NCBI GenBank assembly: GCA_965637545.1
Contig: OZ281494.1
Span: 9,548,001-9,612,000 of the forward strand
From: Phallusia mammillata
Taxonomy: Eukaryota
Length of the DNA stretch: 64,000 nt
Direction: 5' to 3'
Made by a program: the position numbers and the translations under genes. Positions 13,601-25,600 of this stretch are shown here, piece by piece. Below the pieces are notes generated by a model that saw nothing but the letters and a program-made list of their open reading frames with translations, did no database searches and was not told where the DNA came from. How positions within the stretch are numbered: position 1 is the first letter of the stretch; each line of letters starts with the position of its first letter.

Positions 13601-16600
13601 AAACTGCTTCCTTATTCTATTGTACATTTACCACTTGGTACCATGACAACAATTGGCATATCAGTTATTTAAGACGAAATGTTGTTCGATTACATGCATT
13701 TAAAACAGAGGAACAATTTGGCAAAATGGCGGTGAATTCCGACTGAAGTGGCTTTGACAAACATCTCAAACATCTCAGGTCAGTTTACTCAAATAGGGAA
13801 TGAAACGACAGTCATTTTTACTTCCAGTTTTATTGCTACAACCAAAGCCACTTCGTTTACGACGCAAGTCAATAAGTCAATTGTTAGAATTTAACAGCGC
13901 TGCTTCGTTAAAGATCGCGCCCATATGAAACAGCCTTCACGACTGCTGCTTTATTCTGGCTTGTGACTGTTCAAAAAAGAGCCAGTGCGACTTGGTAGGG
14001 GCAATGCATGTTCGCCCGTCGCCTGTTTCGTATGGTTTGGGAGTAAAATCGATATCGGATTCGCGGTTTGATTGAAACGATCAGTCTTGACGTATGACAC
14101 ATTTCATTCTACATCGCTTGGTGTATATGCGACCTGAAGGGGTTGCGCGGAGGACAAAATGCTAAAAACGTTTCTGTAATTTGTACAATGAACAATTCCC
14201 AGTAATCCCAATTACTTGCTAATTTGGTTATAAATGCACACGACTGTTGGGTACATGCCAAGTGTTTTCTTAAAGAAAAACGTCCGAAACAGTTTCTTGG
14301 TTTGCCCTATTGGAGCATGATTGTGATTTTGATGTAACTGAATTACTAGTTCTACTTTAGGTCTATGGCAGCAACACACTATAGAGCCGGAGCAGGAAAA
14401 CTTAAGTATTGATTGCTGGCTGCCTCTTGCAGTGCGGCTGAACAAACAAGTGAGAGTGACGCAACTCCATAAAGAATCCCTGGAGAGCGTTCCGCTAGCA
14501 GCAGGGCTTCTTTCAAGTGTACTTAAAACTACAGCGTCGGGGCTTCAGAAACAAATGGCTCCGGGTTAGAAATATTGGCGCAGTTTTTTCTGGCCCTGCC
14601 GCAAAGGTTAACCTGAAACTCTTAGACTCGTTTTGTTAGAATTCCCCAAACAAAGATCACCGTGCACTACTAAACGACCCAAAACTATTTGCAAATCCCT
14701 TTTTGTTATTTGTTTCCCTTATCATTCCTGAGTCGGCGAAATAAGACCTGAAAGGTCCCAAATGCATTGAGTTAGTCGAAATTATAAAAATACACTTTTT
14801 GTTGTTAATGTTAAGGTATTGGATTTTTGTGTCTTTGGCTTGGGAAACAGTAAGTTTAATTATTGTAGTTAAGGGAGGGGCTCCTATCATTTTTGGGATG
14901 CAAGATTTTGTGCAGTTTTAATCGCACTTGTTGCACGCTGGGGATTAAACCGCGACTGACTAAAACCCGTTGATAATTGCCCGCCAACTAATCGAGGTCA
15001 ACGGAGGCGACTAATCAAGCGAAAGGGATCACTGGGGGCTTTCTGTGGAATGTATACTTCGACACAGCGGTTGTCTATTCTTGCATTGCCGGGCAATTAC
15101 AAAAATGATAATGCAAACAAAAATGTTCATCCAACTTCTAACCAACGACATTCAGAGCTATACTTTTGTGAAACGTTTTAACAACCCGAACAAAAGTATG
15201 CACAAGTTGACTGTAGAACCCCGTAAATGAAAAGAGATACACTGGAGTTATTAATGTAATTACCTGCTTCGGGCGATCTCCAATGATCGCAGCGAGGTCC
15301 TTGGGCACAGGGAACTCGTATACTTTCTCGATGATGGTGTTCTGTACTTTCATTAGACCTTCAGCAGTTCCTTGTATGAGCACGACGCGATCTTGCGTGC
15401 CTGTAAGATCACTCACGTAAATTCGATAAATTGTGTTATTTTGCAGCGGTTTGTTGGCAGGGTTGCTGACGTCAGGGAAAAATCCTTCGCCCAAAAACGA
15501 TTTCCAATTGCCGAGCGACTCGGATCCGAAAATTGAATTTGTCAGTGGCCCAGGGCGACGCAGCGGTGACGATAAGGTTACTTGACAATGGGACAGATAG
15601 CATCTCGTTGTGCGGTGTCATTTGGGATAGGTGAGAAACAGTTCACTGCGAAACCAGTTTTGGTATCGGTGTTGCAAAACGCAAGGGTTGCTGCGTACGG
15701 ATTAGAGAACAACTTTTTGTCCCACAATACAACTTTAAATCACTTCTCGTCCCGCCGTGCACTTGTCGAAACACTCCGCGGCACTTTCACGCGCACACGA
15801 TGCGAAATCGAAGGAATACAACCCAGGGTCGAGCGTTGCGTTTTGTGCGTTTTGCGCGCCAATCCAACACAGATGAGCAGTGGTGCCTAAATGGTAAGGA
15901 CAACTCAACGAGTGCTTCCGACATTTTCTTCAAGAGCTTCGACCCTTCAAACTTCCCGACCTAACGCTCTATACAACGCCCCTTACATCGCTGTTGTAAT
16001 ACTAACGTCCGGCATTTACCATCTTTCACTGAATTGCATCGGATTATCACAGACCCCAAACGATATCATACTATAGCCCAATCAGCCGTCATATATCAAG
16101 CTATTCAACGCTTACTGGAAATAGTGGGGATGTGTATGGAAATACTTCGTTGTTTGAGGTTTGATTGCAACGTTAAATTATCTATGTCGTGCCGAAAAAC
16201 GATAATCTGTGTACAGTATATAGCGCTTGGAGACTATAAAATACATGCCGAATTTGCCCACTGTTACAGATTGTTACATACTGGGTTAATTCCAACCCTA
16301 GAACTCTCATACTTCCGTGTTGACTTACTGCCAGACACTCTACGCCAGGACAACCCGCAGTTTGGGTGATTCTGGCAAGCAGGTGTAAATAAGAGGAGCT
16401 ATTCAAATATTGACACCAAACAGTGTTGCGAATTAATCGCTTGTTCGATAATCACTCTCTCCCACCATGACAAAGCTACCACTCAGGGACACGCGCAATT
16501 GTTAACAGGACGATTTAATGGTTTGAAATGCGTTCGAAGGCCATAAACTGGGCAACAAATGTTCGAATAAAAATGCACAGGCACCGACTATCACCGTATT

Positions 16601-19600
16601 TTTTGTGACCCATTAGAGAGTATTTATTGTGACTAGCGAAAACTGTACAGCGAGGAGGACTTTGCTGCACGGCTGTTGTGTCACCCTAAAGGACAGTCGC
16701 TTATGAATTTTAATGCCAATCCGAGCAAATTACCGTGATTACAACTGCTGCCCAGACGAAGATGTGTTTTGTAACCAGCAATGATTTTGCGTTGACTTTC
16801 CTTGTGTGTCCGCGACGGGGCGAAAAATACAAAGTTTGTTTTATAAATATGTGCCAAACGGTAGAACGCTTGAGATTAATTCTGCGAAAACGTTCACTAC
16901 GCCCTTTAGTACTGGCAACATGTAGCTGGTTTAAGCAAGTACCGAGGGTGGGGACAATGACGGCCTAAACTCGTGGAGCACGAACGCATTATGACGTAAT
17001 TTCGGACAACGTGATACGCGCTATGTCGCTGGGATGATGACAGACGTGCCCGGTGCCCTGAAATTTCACACCAGGAAACGGGCGGTTGAATTCAGCAGAA
17101 TATAATGCTGTTGTGTAGGCGACCGCTGTCAATGTTGCGTTTGACTATTTAAATGCTAGCTCACGAGCTGGGATTTCGAGCCACAGGGCGTAATAAGGCA
17201 ACGCAACACATTGGCGTTTATAAAATGTCCTGCAAACTTGTGACCGTTATCGCTATTATGTACGGCATTGGTGTCGAATTCCAAACGCGAGTCGTTATAC
17301 GCAGTGTTTGTCCTTAGGGCACATTTGTTTTAATGCTTTGCAGTCGTTGTGCTCCGGCCAACGCAATGGCGTCAAAAGAAAATAAATACGCACCCAGGGC
17401 CTGGGCTCAACCGAGAATTGGAAACGCGTTTTGTCACGAGCTTTTTGATCGGGATGACGCTATTACGCATCTATAAGCGTCTTCCTTGTACCCCAAGCAG
17501 TTCTGTCGCATCTATGCAGGAAGACAGACAATTTGCATCGCTTTGATCTTTCCAAGCAAACCAATAGGCGCGTCGCATTTTACTAATTTAGTCACCAAAA
17601 ACGCAAATTAAGCACAAAGTCCTTTACTAAAACTGCACTTTCTGTGTTACAACATAACCGCACTGCCTTCGTTCAATAAGCATGCCAGATCGTGTGATAA
17701 TGCGAAATCTACAGCATAACGTATGCACGAGGAACTTTCAAAGCAAGGCTATCTTGTCAACGTGATGCACAAACAAACCATGAGACGACGCACACACACA
17801 GATTGCGGTTTACGATAAAGTTCAACCCTGCCAGCCGTTTCACGAATTTTCCTACATCAATAAACAGAGACTTATTCGGAGTAGCCGATGACTTACCCGG
17901 GTAGAAGTCTTTGGCCTTGGAGAGCTTAATGATCGCACCCGAGTCTTTCTGTAACTGAACGATGATCTGTCCGCCTTTGCCGATCACTGCTCCTGCAGCG
18001 TAACCAGGTATTAGGACTTTGAGAATTAGCTGGCCTGGTGGTGGCGAAATTCCTGGTATTCCATTCTCAATGGAGGCATCTGTGACAATAAACTGTTATA
18101 CAAGTTGCACTGAAACAGTTTTGCAGTCAACACAACTAGCTTAATATAAGAGTGCTATCAATGTTAAAACCGATGACTAAGCTGTCTTAATTGATTGGCA
18201 CTTCACTATCGGAAATTCACGACCTTTAAAACTTAACCTTGAAGTTTCAAACTCTTACCGTAGTGCATTCGTTGCACAAACGGGTTGTAATCACACTCCT
18301 GAATGTATTCATAACCGTTACACCGGTATTCCATTGCTGCAATGTTGTTATGCGAGTTTTAAATACCGGCTAGTATAACTCACAGGCCCTATAAAAACAT
18401 CACACAGTTCTCAGACCTTGGTGTAAATCTTAAGCTACACATGTACGCGTGGTAGCGTTTATTGCCCAAGCGTAGGTTGACTTTAAGCTGACTACATACG
18501 CCTTCCAAAACTCCTGTTTTCTTCCGGGTTCCAACGCACTAAATCTGAAGACGCAGTGTTTGAGGCCCGTGCGTTTATGCGATGCAAGCGCTGTCACTGA
18601 ATTGCGGCACAATACGTCCGGAACACACGCCTGATAATGACAAAGAATAACAAGGCACGCTGTGTAAGAAAAAGCGCTGCAATTAGATTTTCCTTGTCTG
18701 CTTTGCTGAAAAAACACAGGTCAGGGAGACACGGCGTTTCCTGACATTCCTCTGCTGCGTGGTCGCTTTCAAATTATATTTGCTGCTGACGAGGTAGCCG
18801 AGACAAAAAAACTGGAAGTCCGTTTCCAAACTGACTTGGAGCGATGGAACTGCCTTTTGAATTTTACTGGCGCTCGTAAACGCGTAAGCTAGTTATTCGT
18901 TAATGAAAGCTGCAATCGGTGTCCTGGCCAAGCGAGGTACTGAATTTTTACGAGGTTGATTTAATTTTTAGGGTGGAGTTCGCTTCCCGAAGTTTAGTAA
19001 AACATTGAACATTCAGAGCAAACCCGTTGAAATAAGAATCTCGCAAACGGCAAAGTCACAAACTGCTAAACATTAACCGAGGATGTGGTGTTTTTACAAC
19101 ATCTTTTAATCCACTTTCACTTTGTGCAAGGCGCATTGAAACGACTTAATACGGCATGTCAACGCGTCTTGTGGGGTCGAGTCATTACTTTTGTCGCAAT
19201 TTCCCTCAGGATTTCAAAATCCGAAATGCGATGCGCTCTTCCGGGTTTCTGGGGTCATTCACAAAATTAACTTCATACGCCTACTGAGCACACTTTAATG
19301 CACAAAAAAACGAAGAAAAAGAACTGGGTAGCGACGTTTTTTTCACATCGATCTTTGATCAATAATCGCCCATGCAACGCGCTGTACATTTCCTTATCTC
19401 TTTTGTCTCAGACTCTCCTTAACAACACATTGGCTACGGACGGGAGGAAAACAACGGCAAAGAGCACGTTATCATATTACTCCCAAAATACAACGTATTC
19501 TGATCAAAGCCAAAGCCTCAGGTCTTGTTACGCGAGCTGGCCTACGCACAAGGAACTACTCAAGAAACAACGAATCGGAAAAGATTTCCTCGCAGTTGTT

Positions 19601-21545
19601 CGTGATGCAAAGCGCACTGCAAAAGGAAACTAGTCGTGAAAAGAAATATGAAGGGTTGGCACGGTCCTGCGCCCATCAGTCACGGAGTGGCACAGCAGGA
19701 AATCGTTTGAAAATGACTTTTCATGCAGACTTGCGCGAAACGATCTGATTGGTTCAAAAAAAACTCGACCAGGAAACTGCATTCCTATCAAGGGCCTGTA
19801 ATTTGTACACTCAACAACTGATTTAAAATCGAACCATAGCTTTTTCACTTCCGTCAGCCACCAATACGTTTGCTCGAATTTGACCATTCCTTTTTTCAAA
19901 CCAAGGCATTTGCGAACAATCCCTAAGTCAATGACCAGCTTTCTTTAAATATGTCTAACTATGGTTATGATGACTAAACAACATACGTCTGCCTTAATTA
20001 CAACTGCTCAGCACCAAACCGAGCTTTTGCGCCTTGTCAGCCGACAGTCAGCAAAGTCTAGGAATGTTTCTCATTTCCTTGCAAGCGCAGTTAAATAACG
20101 ATCTGTTCAAGACGATCACGATTTAATTCATCAATGCTTATCGAAATGTTTCGAATGCATGGTCGTTTGGCCATGACGTCATAAGCACGTGAGGCCTTGA
20201 TTGGTATTTTGGTCTTACAGCAATGTTCAATTGTCGTTTGAACGAGATTGGCAATACACCTGTACACTAGATCGAATGTAGATGTACACAGGTCAAACAC
20301 TTTGGACTATTTAACAAACAAACCGAGCATATGTTTCTAATCACAAATGGAACAAATTGTATGGGCAAAAAATCCTACGTTTGGAACAATATTTGTAACG
20401 TAAGTCATCTTTAACTACTTGCAAAGTTGCTTAAAACAGTGGTGTAAAATGGTAAAGGCGCCCATCCTTGCTTTAATTTCACGCAAGACAAAAATGGCCG
20501 GGTAACAATGTGACGAATTTTCGCGACTGGAAAGAGTTCAGTTGCACAAAACAAACATTTTCGAAAGGCCTGTTGTTGGGATAAAGACAGCGTCTTGAGC
20601 ATATTGTCAGCATAAATCAGTTGCCAATGCAGGAAGTAGTAAGTGACACAACATGCGTTCGACACAACTGACAGTTTCACTTCTTAGGAAGGCCGGTGAT
20701 GTGCGTAAGCAACGAAGGCCTAATTCCCGCAGGCTTATATCTGCTAGGCGATAGATCGGCGGATAACAAATCCAACTTTTCAGTGCAAGTTTGCCGTTGT
20801 ATTCGCTACGACGCAACACGAGTCAAGCAGCACTGCAACAGACGGGTGAATGACAATGGCGCAAAAATGCCAAATAATGCTCAACGGGTCACTGCACATC
20901 AATAGCACAGTATGGGATTGATTCAGTGGGGACGCTTGCAAAAATCGAAACAGATGCTTACCCGCTGTGTTAATGTCTTGCGAATGGCGAACAATGTAAT
21001 GAGGCAACGTCTTGGCCTCACTGTACTACGCGGTATGACGGGCTCGGATTTGTTTACTGTCGCTTGTTGCGAATTTTACTGGTGCGCAAATATAGGGTGC
21101 GCGTGGAACCGCCTACTTCAAACATAACTTTCACAAGAAAGATATTCAACTTCAAACCAAAGACACGACCACCAGTATTAGATCACAGTTTTAGCAGCTA
21201 ATTCCATTGTGCACTTAGTTGTATATTTCAAAGTTACTGACAGATACCAAATATCAAATCACGCTGTGTTTTGTATTATCTCAAAGCGACAGGCTTATTA
21301 CTCACGTTTACATTTATGCTAGGACACTTTTCAGACCATAATATAGCTTTTTAGCAGCATTTACATAGCGCAGCTAAATGGACGATCATAAATACAAAAC
21401 ATAATTCAAAAAATGCTGACAACTTACCGTCCATATCCGACTTTTCTCTTTTGATGTCCACAAGTTCAACGGGTTCGTCCAATGGCCTTTTGCGCGACTC
21501 AACGAAATAAGTCCCGTTCGGCATAGGTACAACTGCCATCATCAT
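10613..21545 (-). CDS. Nova: Nova KH-domain RNA-binding splicing factor; exons 21545-21428 (1a), 18079-17897, 15400-15264, 12049-11957, 11740-10613
   Basis: Three KH domains: [50 protein letters not shown]. Also the Nova linker [29 protein letters not shown] and an N-terminal NLS-like SRKRPL. All junctions are GT-AG and phase-consistent (1, 1, 0, 0). Confidence 0.95.
12452..12544 (-). CDS. Nova: Candidate 93-nt in-frame cassette exon of Nova between KH1 and KH2 ([31 protein letters not shown])
   Basis: Acceptor ...CATCCGCCCCGTCAG|GTT and donor GAG|GTAATG; 31 codons without a stop in phase 0, matching the flanking phase-0 intron. Sequence evidence only. Confidence 0.45.
18259..18334 (-). CDS. 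Nova: Nova alternative first coding exon 1b ([25 protein letters not shown])
   Basis: The ATG at 18334 has an in-frame stop upstream. The exon ends TACG|GTAAGA in phase 1, compatible with exon 2. Ciona Nova is known to have two alternative first exons, one lacking the NLS (recalled, not checked). Confidence 0.7.
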
Positions 21546-21932
21546 TATGAACACATTCTGGTGACGATGTTGCTGAGATTCGACCTCTATCCCCAATCGA
21601 CCCAATCTCACGCAGCGTCGCGATTTTTTCTGCGTTTAGAGCACCTCGTTCTTCGCGTGCCTCATGCCCGCCATCTTGCTGCTCGCCAGCGAGAGAAGTT
21701 CACTAACAAAAAATCGATATAATCTGACAAGAAAATTAAGATACATGCCCGAGAGGATTTGGCTCCGCGTGGAACATGTTGTCCATTGGATTTTTTTGTT
21801 TTAATTTTGCATTTGGACAATACGCAGTATTTTCAAAGATTAGGCTTATTTTGTTTTTCGTTTACAAAACTAAAATTAATAATTTTGTTTAGGCCCTTTG
21901 AGCAAGGACAAGTACGTAACCTTTACATAGGC

Positions 21933-22559
21933 TGTAACGTTTTCTGTCGCGTGTTCCCCTGTTTTCACGAAAACGTCACACAATGTGGCTCAATAAAAAA
22001 CGCGGACACCATAAAGGAACGACAATTCGTTTTAATGGTATGGTCAATTCCGGTTTTTCTGCGAATGAAAACGAAAACGTATAAAGCACAAATCGCACTC
22101 GAAACACAACAAGTAAACATACCGACTGTTTGGCCACAGGGGTTTTGGTATTTAATGATGTTTTAAAGGCCGAACAAATCCTGCACAAATAACCAAACAT
22201 TTACAGTTTTAGAACAAAACTTCACATTACAGTACAAAGCCAAACTTACCAGCAAAATGATTCACAAATGCAGCTTTATCAACTCAGCAATTTATTTATA
22301 CTTTCTAGCTGCTAAATAAAGGTATCAAAGTTTAGATTGATGGCTTCAATTCAAATTATGCCTGTCAGCAGTTTACAAACGTACACCACGAGGCAAGTTA
22401 CAAATGATTGCAACATACACAGTACACAGGCAATTGACGTCACGCATTAGAACATTAATTGTCACGCAATGGAACACTAACTGTTGCGTCACAGGACAAT
22501 TGTTATACGTTTTGCTGGGCAAAGTTATGTTCACAACAGTTGGCGAAAACGACGTAACA
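21933..22559 (-). repeat. 3' LTR of the Bel/Pao element
   Basis: Direct repeat of 28420-29046; no difference seen by eye. Confidence 0.95.
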
Positions 22560-22663
22560 TACCCCCACCCGAATGTATCTCCAGGGGAGCATACATTCTA
22601 AAACACAAAACGTCGTTGAATATATACCGAACAAAACGAACGAAAATGAACATCGCAAACAGT

Positions 22664-25600
22664 TTACAATTTGCCGGTCGCGCAATCACCGCGGGAGTCC
22701 ATCACTAAACACAGTTTGGTGATGGGTCGTCTGACGGAGGTGGCACCGGTTCCTACCAGTGCAGAGCGCACGACACCATGCGCATCCGGAAAGGTCGAAA
22801 TCACTCGGCCGATTCTCCAACGTGCTCGCGGAATGGATTCGTCCACAACCAACACTAGGTCGCCTGCCTCGACGTTCCTCTGCTTCGAAAACCACTTCTG
22901 TCGTTCAATGACAGTGGGTAAGTATTCTCGCACCCAGCGACGCCAAAATTGGTCAGCCAGGTATTGCACTTGTCGCCAATGGTGGCGAACGTAACAGTCC
23001 TTCTTCACGAACACGCCAGGTGGCATGTTGGGCGACGGACGCAACAAAATTAAATGATTGGGAGTCAGCGGCTCGTCCGATTGTGGATCCATCACCACTG
23101 GAACAATGGGTCTACTGTTGAGAATGGACTCCGCTTCAACAAGCACCGTTTCAAGGGTGTCGCGGGTCACGCTTTGTGCCGTCAGCAACGCAGAAAGAAC
23201 TCTTCTTACAGACCTGATCATTCTTTCCCAGACGCCACCCATATGGCTTGCCGCAGGAGGATTAAAAGACCATTGGATGTCCTGTTGTCTCAAGAAGTCA
23301 TCAATGCTCTGTTGATTCCATCTTCCGATAGCCTCTTTTAGCTCACGCACGGCTCCGACAAAATTTGTTCCATTGTCGCTGCAAATCTTAGTTGGTCTGC
23401 CACGTCGTCCGATGAATCTTCGCAGGCAGTTGATAAAAGCACTCGTTGACAAACTGTCAGCTACCTCCAGATGCACTGCCCTGACCGTCATGCAGGTAAA
23501 TAGACAGCCGTACACCTTCACTTGGCTTCTTGCTTGGCGCACCATTAGCGGTCCAAAATAATCAACGCCAACGTACGTGAACGCGGGGCTATGGGAGTTC
23601 ACACGATCAATCGGCAATCTGGCCATAAGTTGCTCGCCAACGGGCGCATTTCGTTTCCTGCAAAACACACAATTGCCCAACACACGGCGTACAGCGGCTC
23701 CGCCCTTTATAATCCAAAATTTTTGACGGATTTCAGACCAGGTGTGACTCATTCCTGAGTGACCTACGTCCTTATGAAACTTGACAATCAGTAAGTCGGT
23801 GAGGTGATGTCTGCCTGGAAGTATAATAGGATGCTTCGCATCATCCGAAATAGAGGCCAATTCAAGTCTCCCTCCAACGCGTAGGAGACCGTTGCTAAGG
23901 GTGGGGCCAAGCTTGTCAAACGTTCGAGAGTTCTTCGTTTTCTTCCACTGACCATTGCCTTTTCGCAGATTTTCAAGCACCTCTGGAAAGGCTTGTTGTT
24001 GCACAATTCGAAACAGTGCCAATTCAGCTTCTTGAAGCTCTTGAACCTGAAGGGTTCCCTTCGGAATGGTCGTATTTGTATCTGCACACCGTTTCGACAA
24101 TAAAACGCGCTTATACCGTAACAACCAAGCGGTTGCACGTCGTAGGCGATTCCAATCGGAGTAATGATTGATCAGTTTTGAGATAGAATCCGTCTCGCAA
24201 GCGGTTCCACACGTAAAATTTGCACTGACCTTCTTTGCTTCCATTAAAATATCATCTCTATTTGAAACTTCTTCTTCTTTAGGCCAAGTAGATTCGTCAC
24301 CCCAAAGAAACCGTGGACCGGTTAGCCAAACGTTGTTATTCACCATTTTCTTCACAGACAAGCCACGTGAGGCGTCGTCGGCAGGGTTTAATTTGGATGG
24401 AACATGTCGCCACTGCTCACTTCTGCTTCCACTGTCAATCTTTGCCAGTCGGTTTGCTACAAAGGTTTCGAAACGTTTTGTAGAATTCCTAATGCTCATC
24501 AACACCGACATGGAATCTGTCCAGAACGTCGATTCGCAGTCGGGACAGCCCAACTCTCGTCGCAGAAAGCCATCCATTTTAACCGCTAGCACCGCTGCCG
24601 TCAACTCCAAGCGTGGTATGGATACCGTATGTATCGGTGCAAGTCGTGACTTGCCAAGCAAAAAACAACAGTGCACCTGCGTATTGTGGTTAACAAGGCG
24701 CAGATAAGAAACTGCCCCGTAGGCCGAAGACGATGCGTCAGCAAAATGGTGCATTTCCATCTTAACTATCTTTCCAAAGGAAGGAGGTTTAATGCAGCGT
24801 TGAACCCGTACTTGGCTTAACATAGGAAGTCCCTCCATCCAGCTTCTCCAACGATTAGCATCTTCATTTGAAATATCTTCGTCCCATCCTAACCCTTGAC
24901 GACAAAGGTCCTGCAAAAGTATTTTGGCACTTACTGTAACAGGAGCAACAAGACCTAAGGGGTCGTACAGCGCACTGACGGCAGACAAAATTCCACGGCG
25001 CGTCAGCGACTTATTCGGCATCTGCACATCAAATCCAAATTCGTCATTTGGGACGTTCCAAAACACGCCCAAAATTCTTCCAGCTACGTCCGAATTAAGA
25101 TCATGATTCTTCGCCATCTTGGACCGTTCGTCAGAAGGAATTGATTGTAAAACTCTATTACTGTTGCTCATCCACTTGGTTAGGTGGAAGCCACCTCTTT
25201 GCAGGAGCTGACCTAAGTCTTTCACCAACATAATTGCTTCGTCCTCGGTCGCCACGCTTGCAAGGCAATCGTCCACGTAGAAATTTGATTTTAGCGCTGT
25301 AGTAGCTGCAGCACTGAACTCGTGGCCAAACTCTTCCGCAGTTTGGAGCAAGCTGAAAGCGGCGCAGCTCGGAGAGGATGTTGCGCCAAAAAGATGTACA
25401 GTCATCTCGTGGTCTTCCGCTGGCTTGGACAGATCGCCCTTGGGCCACCACAAGAAACGAAGGCTCGCAGTGTCTTCTGGCCTTACCCGGATTTGATGAA
25501 ACATGGATTCAATGTCTGACACAACCGCCACGGGTTCCTTTCTGAACCTTGTCAGGACGCCTACTAAGTTGTTCATCAGATCTGGGCCACTCATTAGGGC

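Noticed and set aside
12423-14490. COE/EBF-like sites (CCCTTGGG at ~12424, TCCCTGGAGA at ~14478) in Nova introns
   Set aside because: Short motifs expected by chance; cannot be supported without conservation data.
17380-17430. tRNA/SINE-like B-box sequence on the minus strand
   Set aside because: Degenerate box B only; no A box and no cloverleaf.
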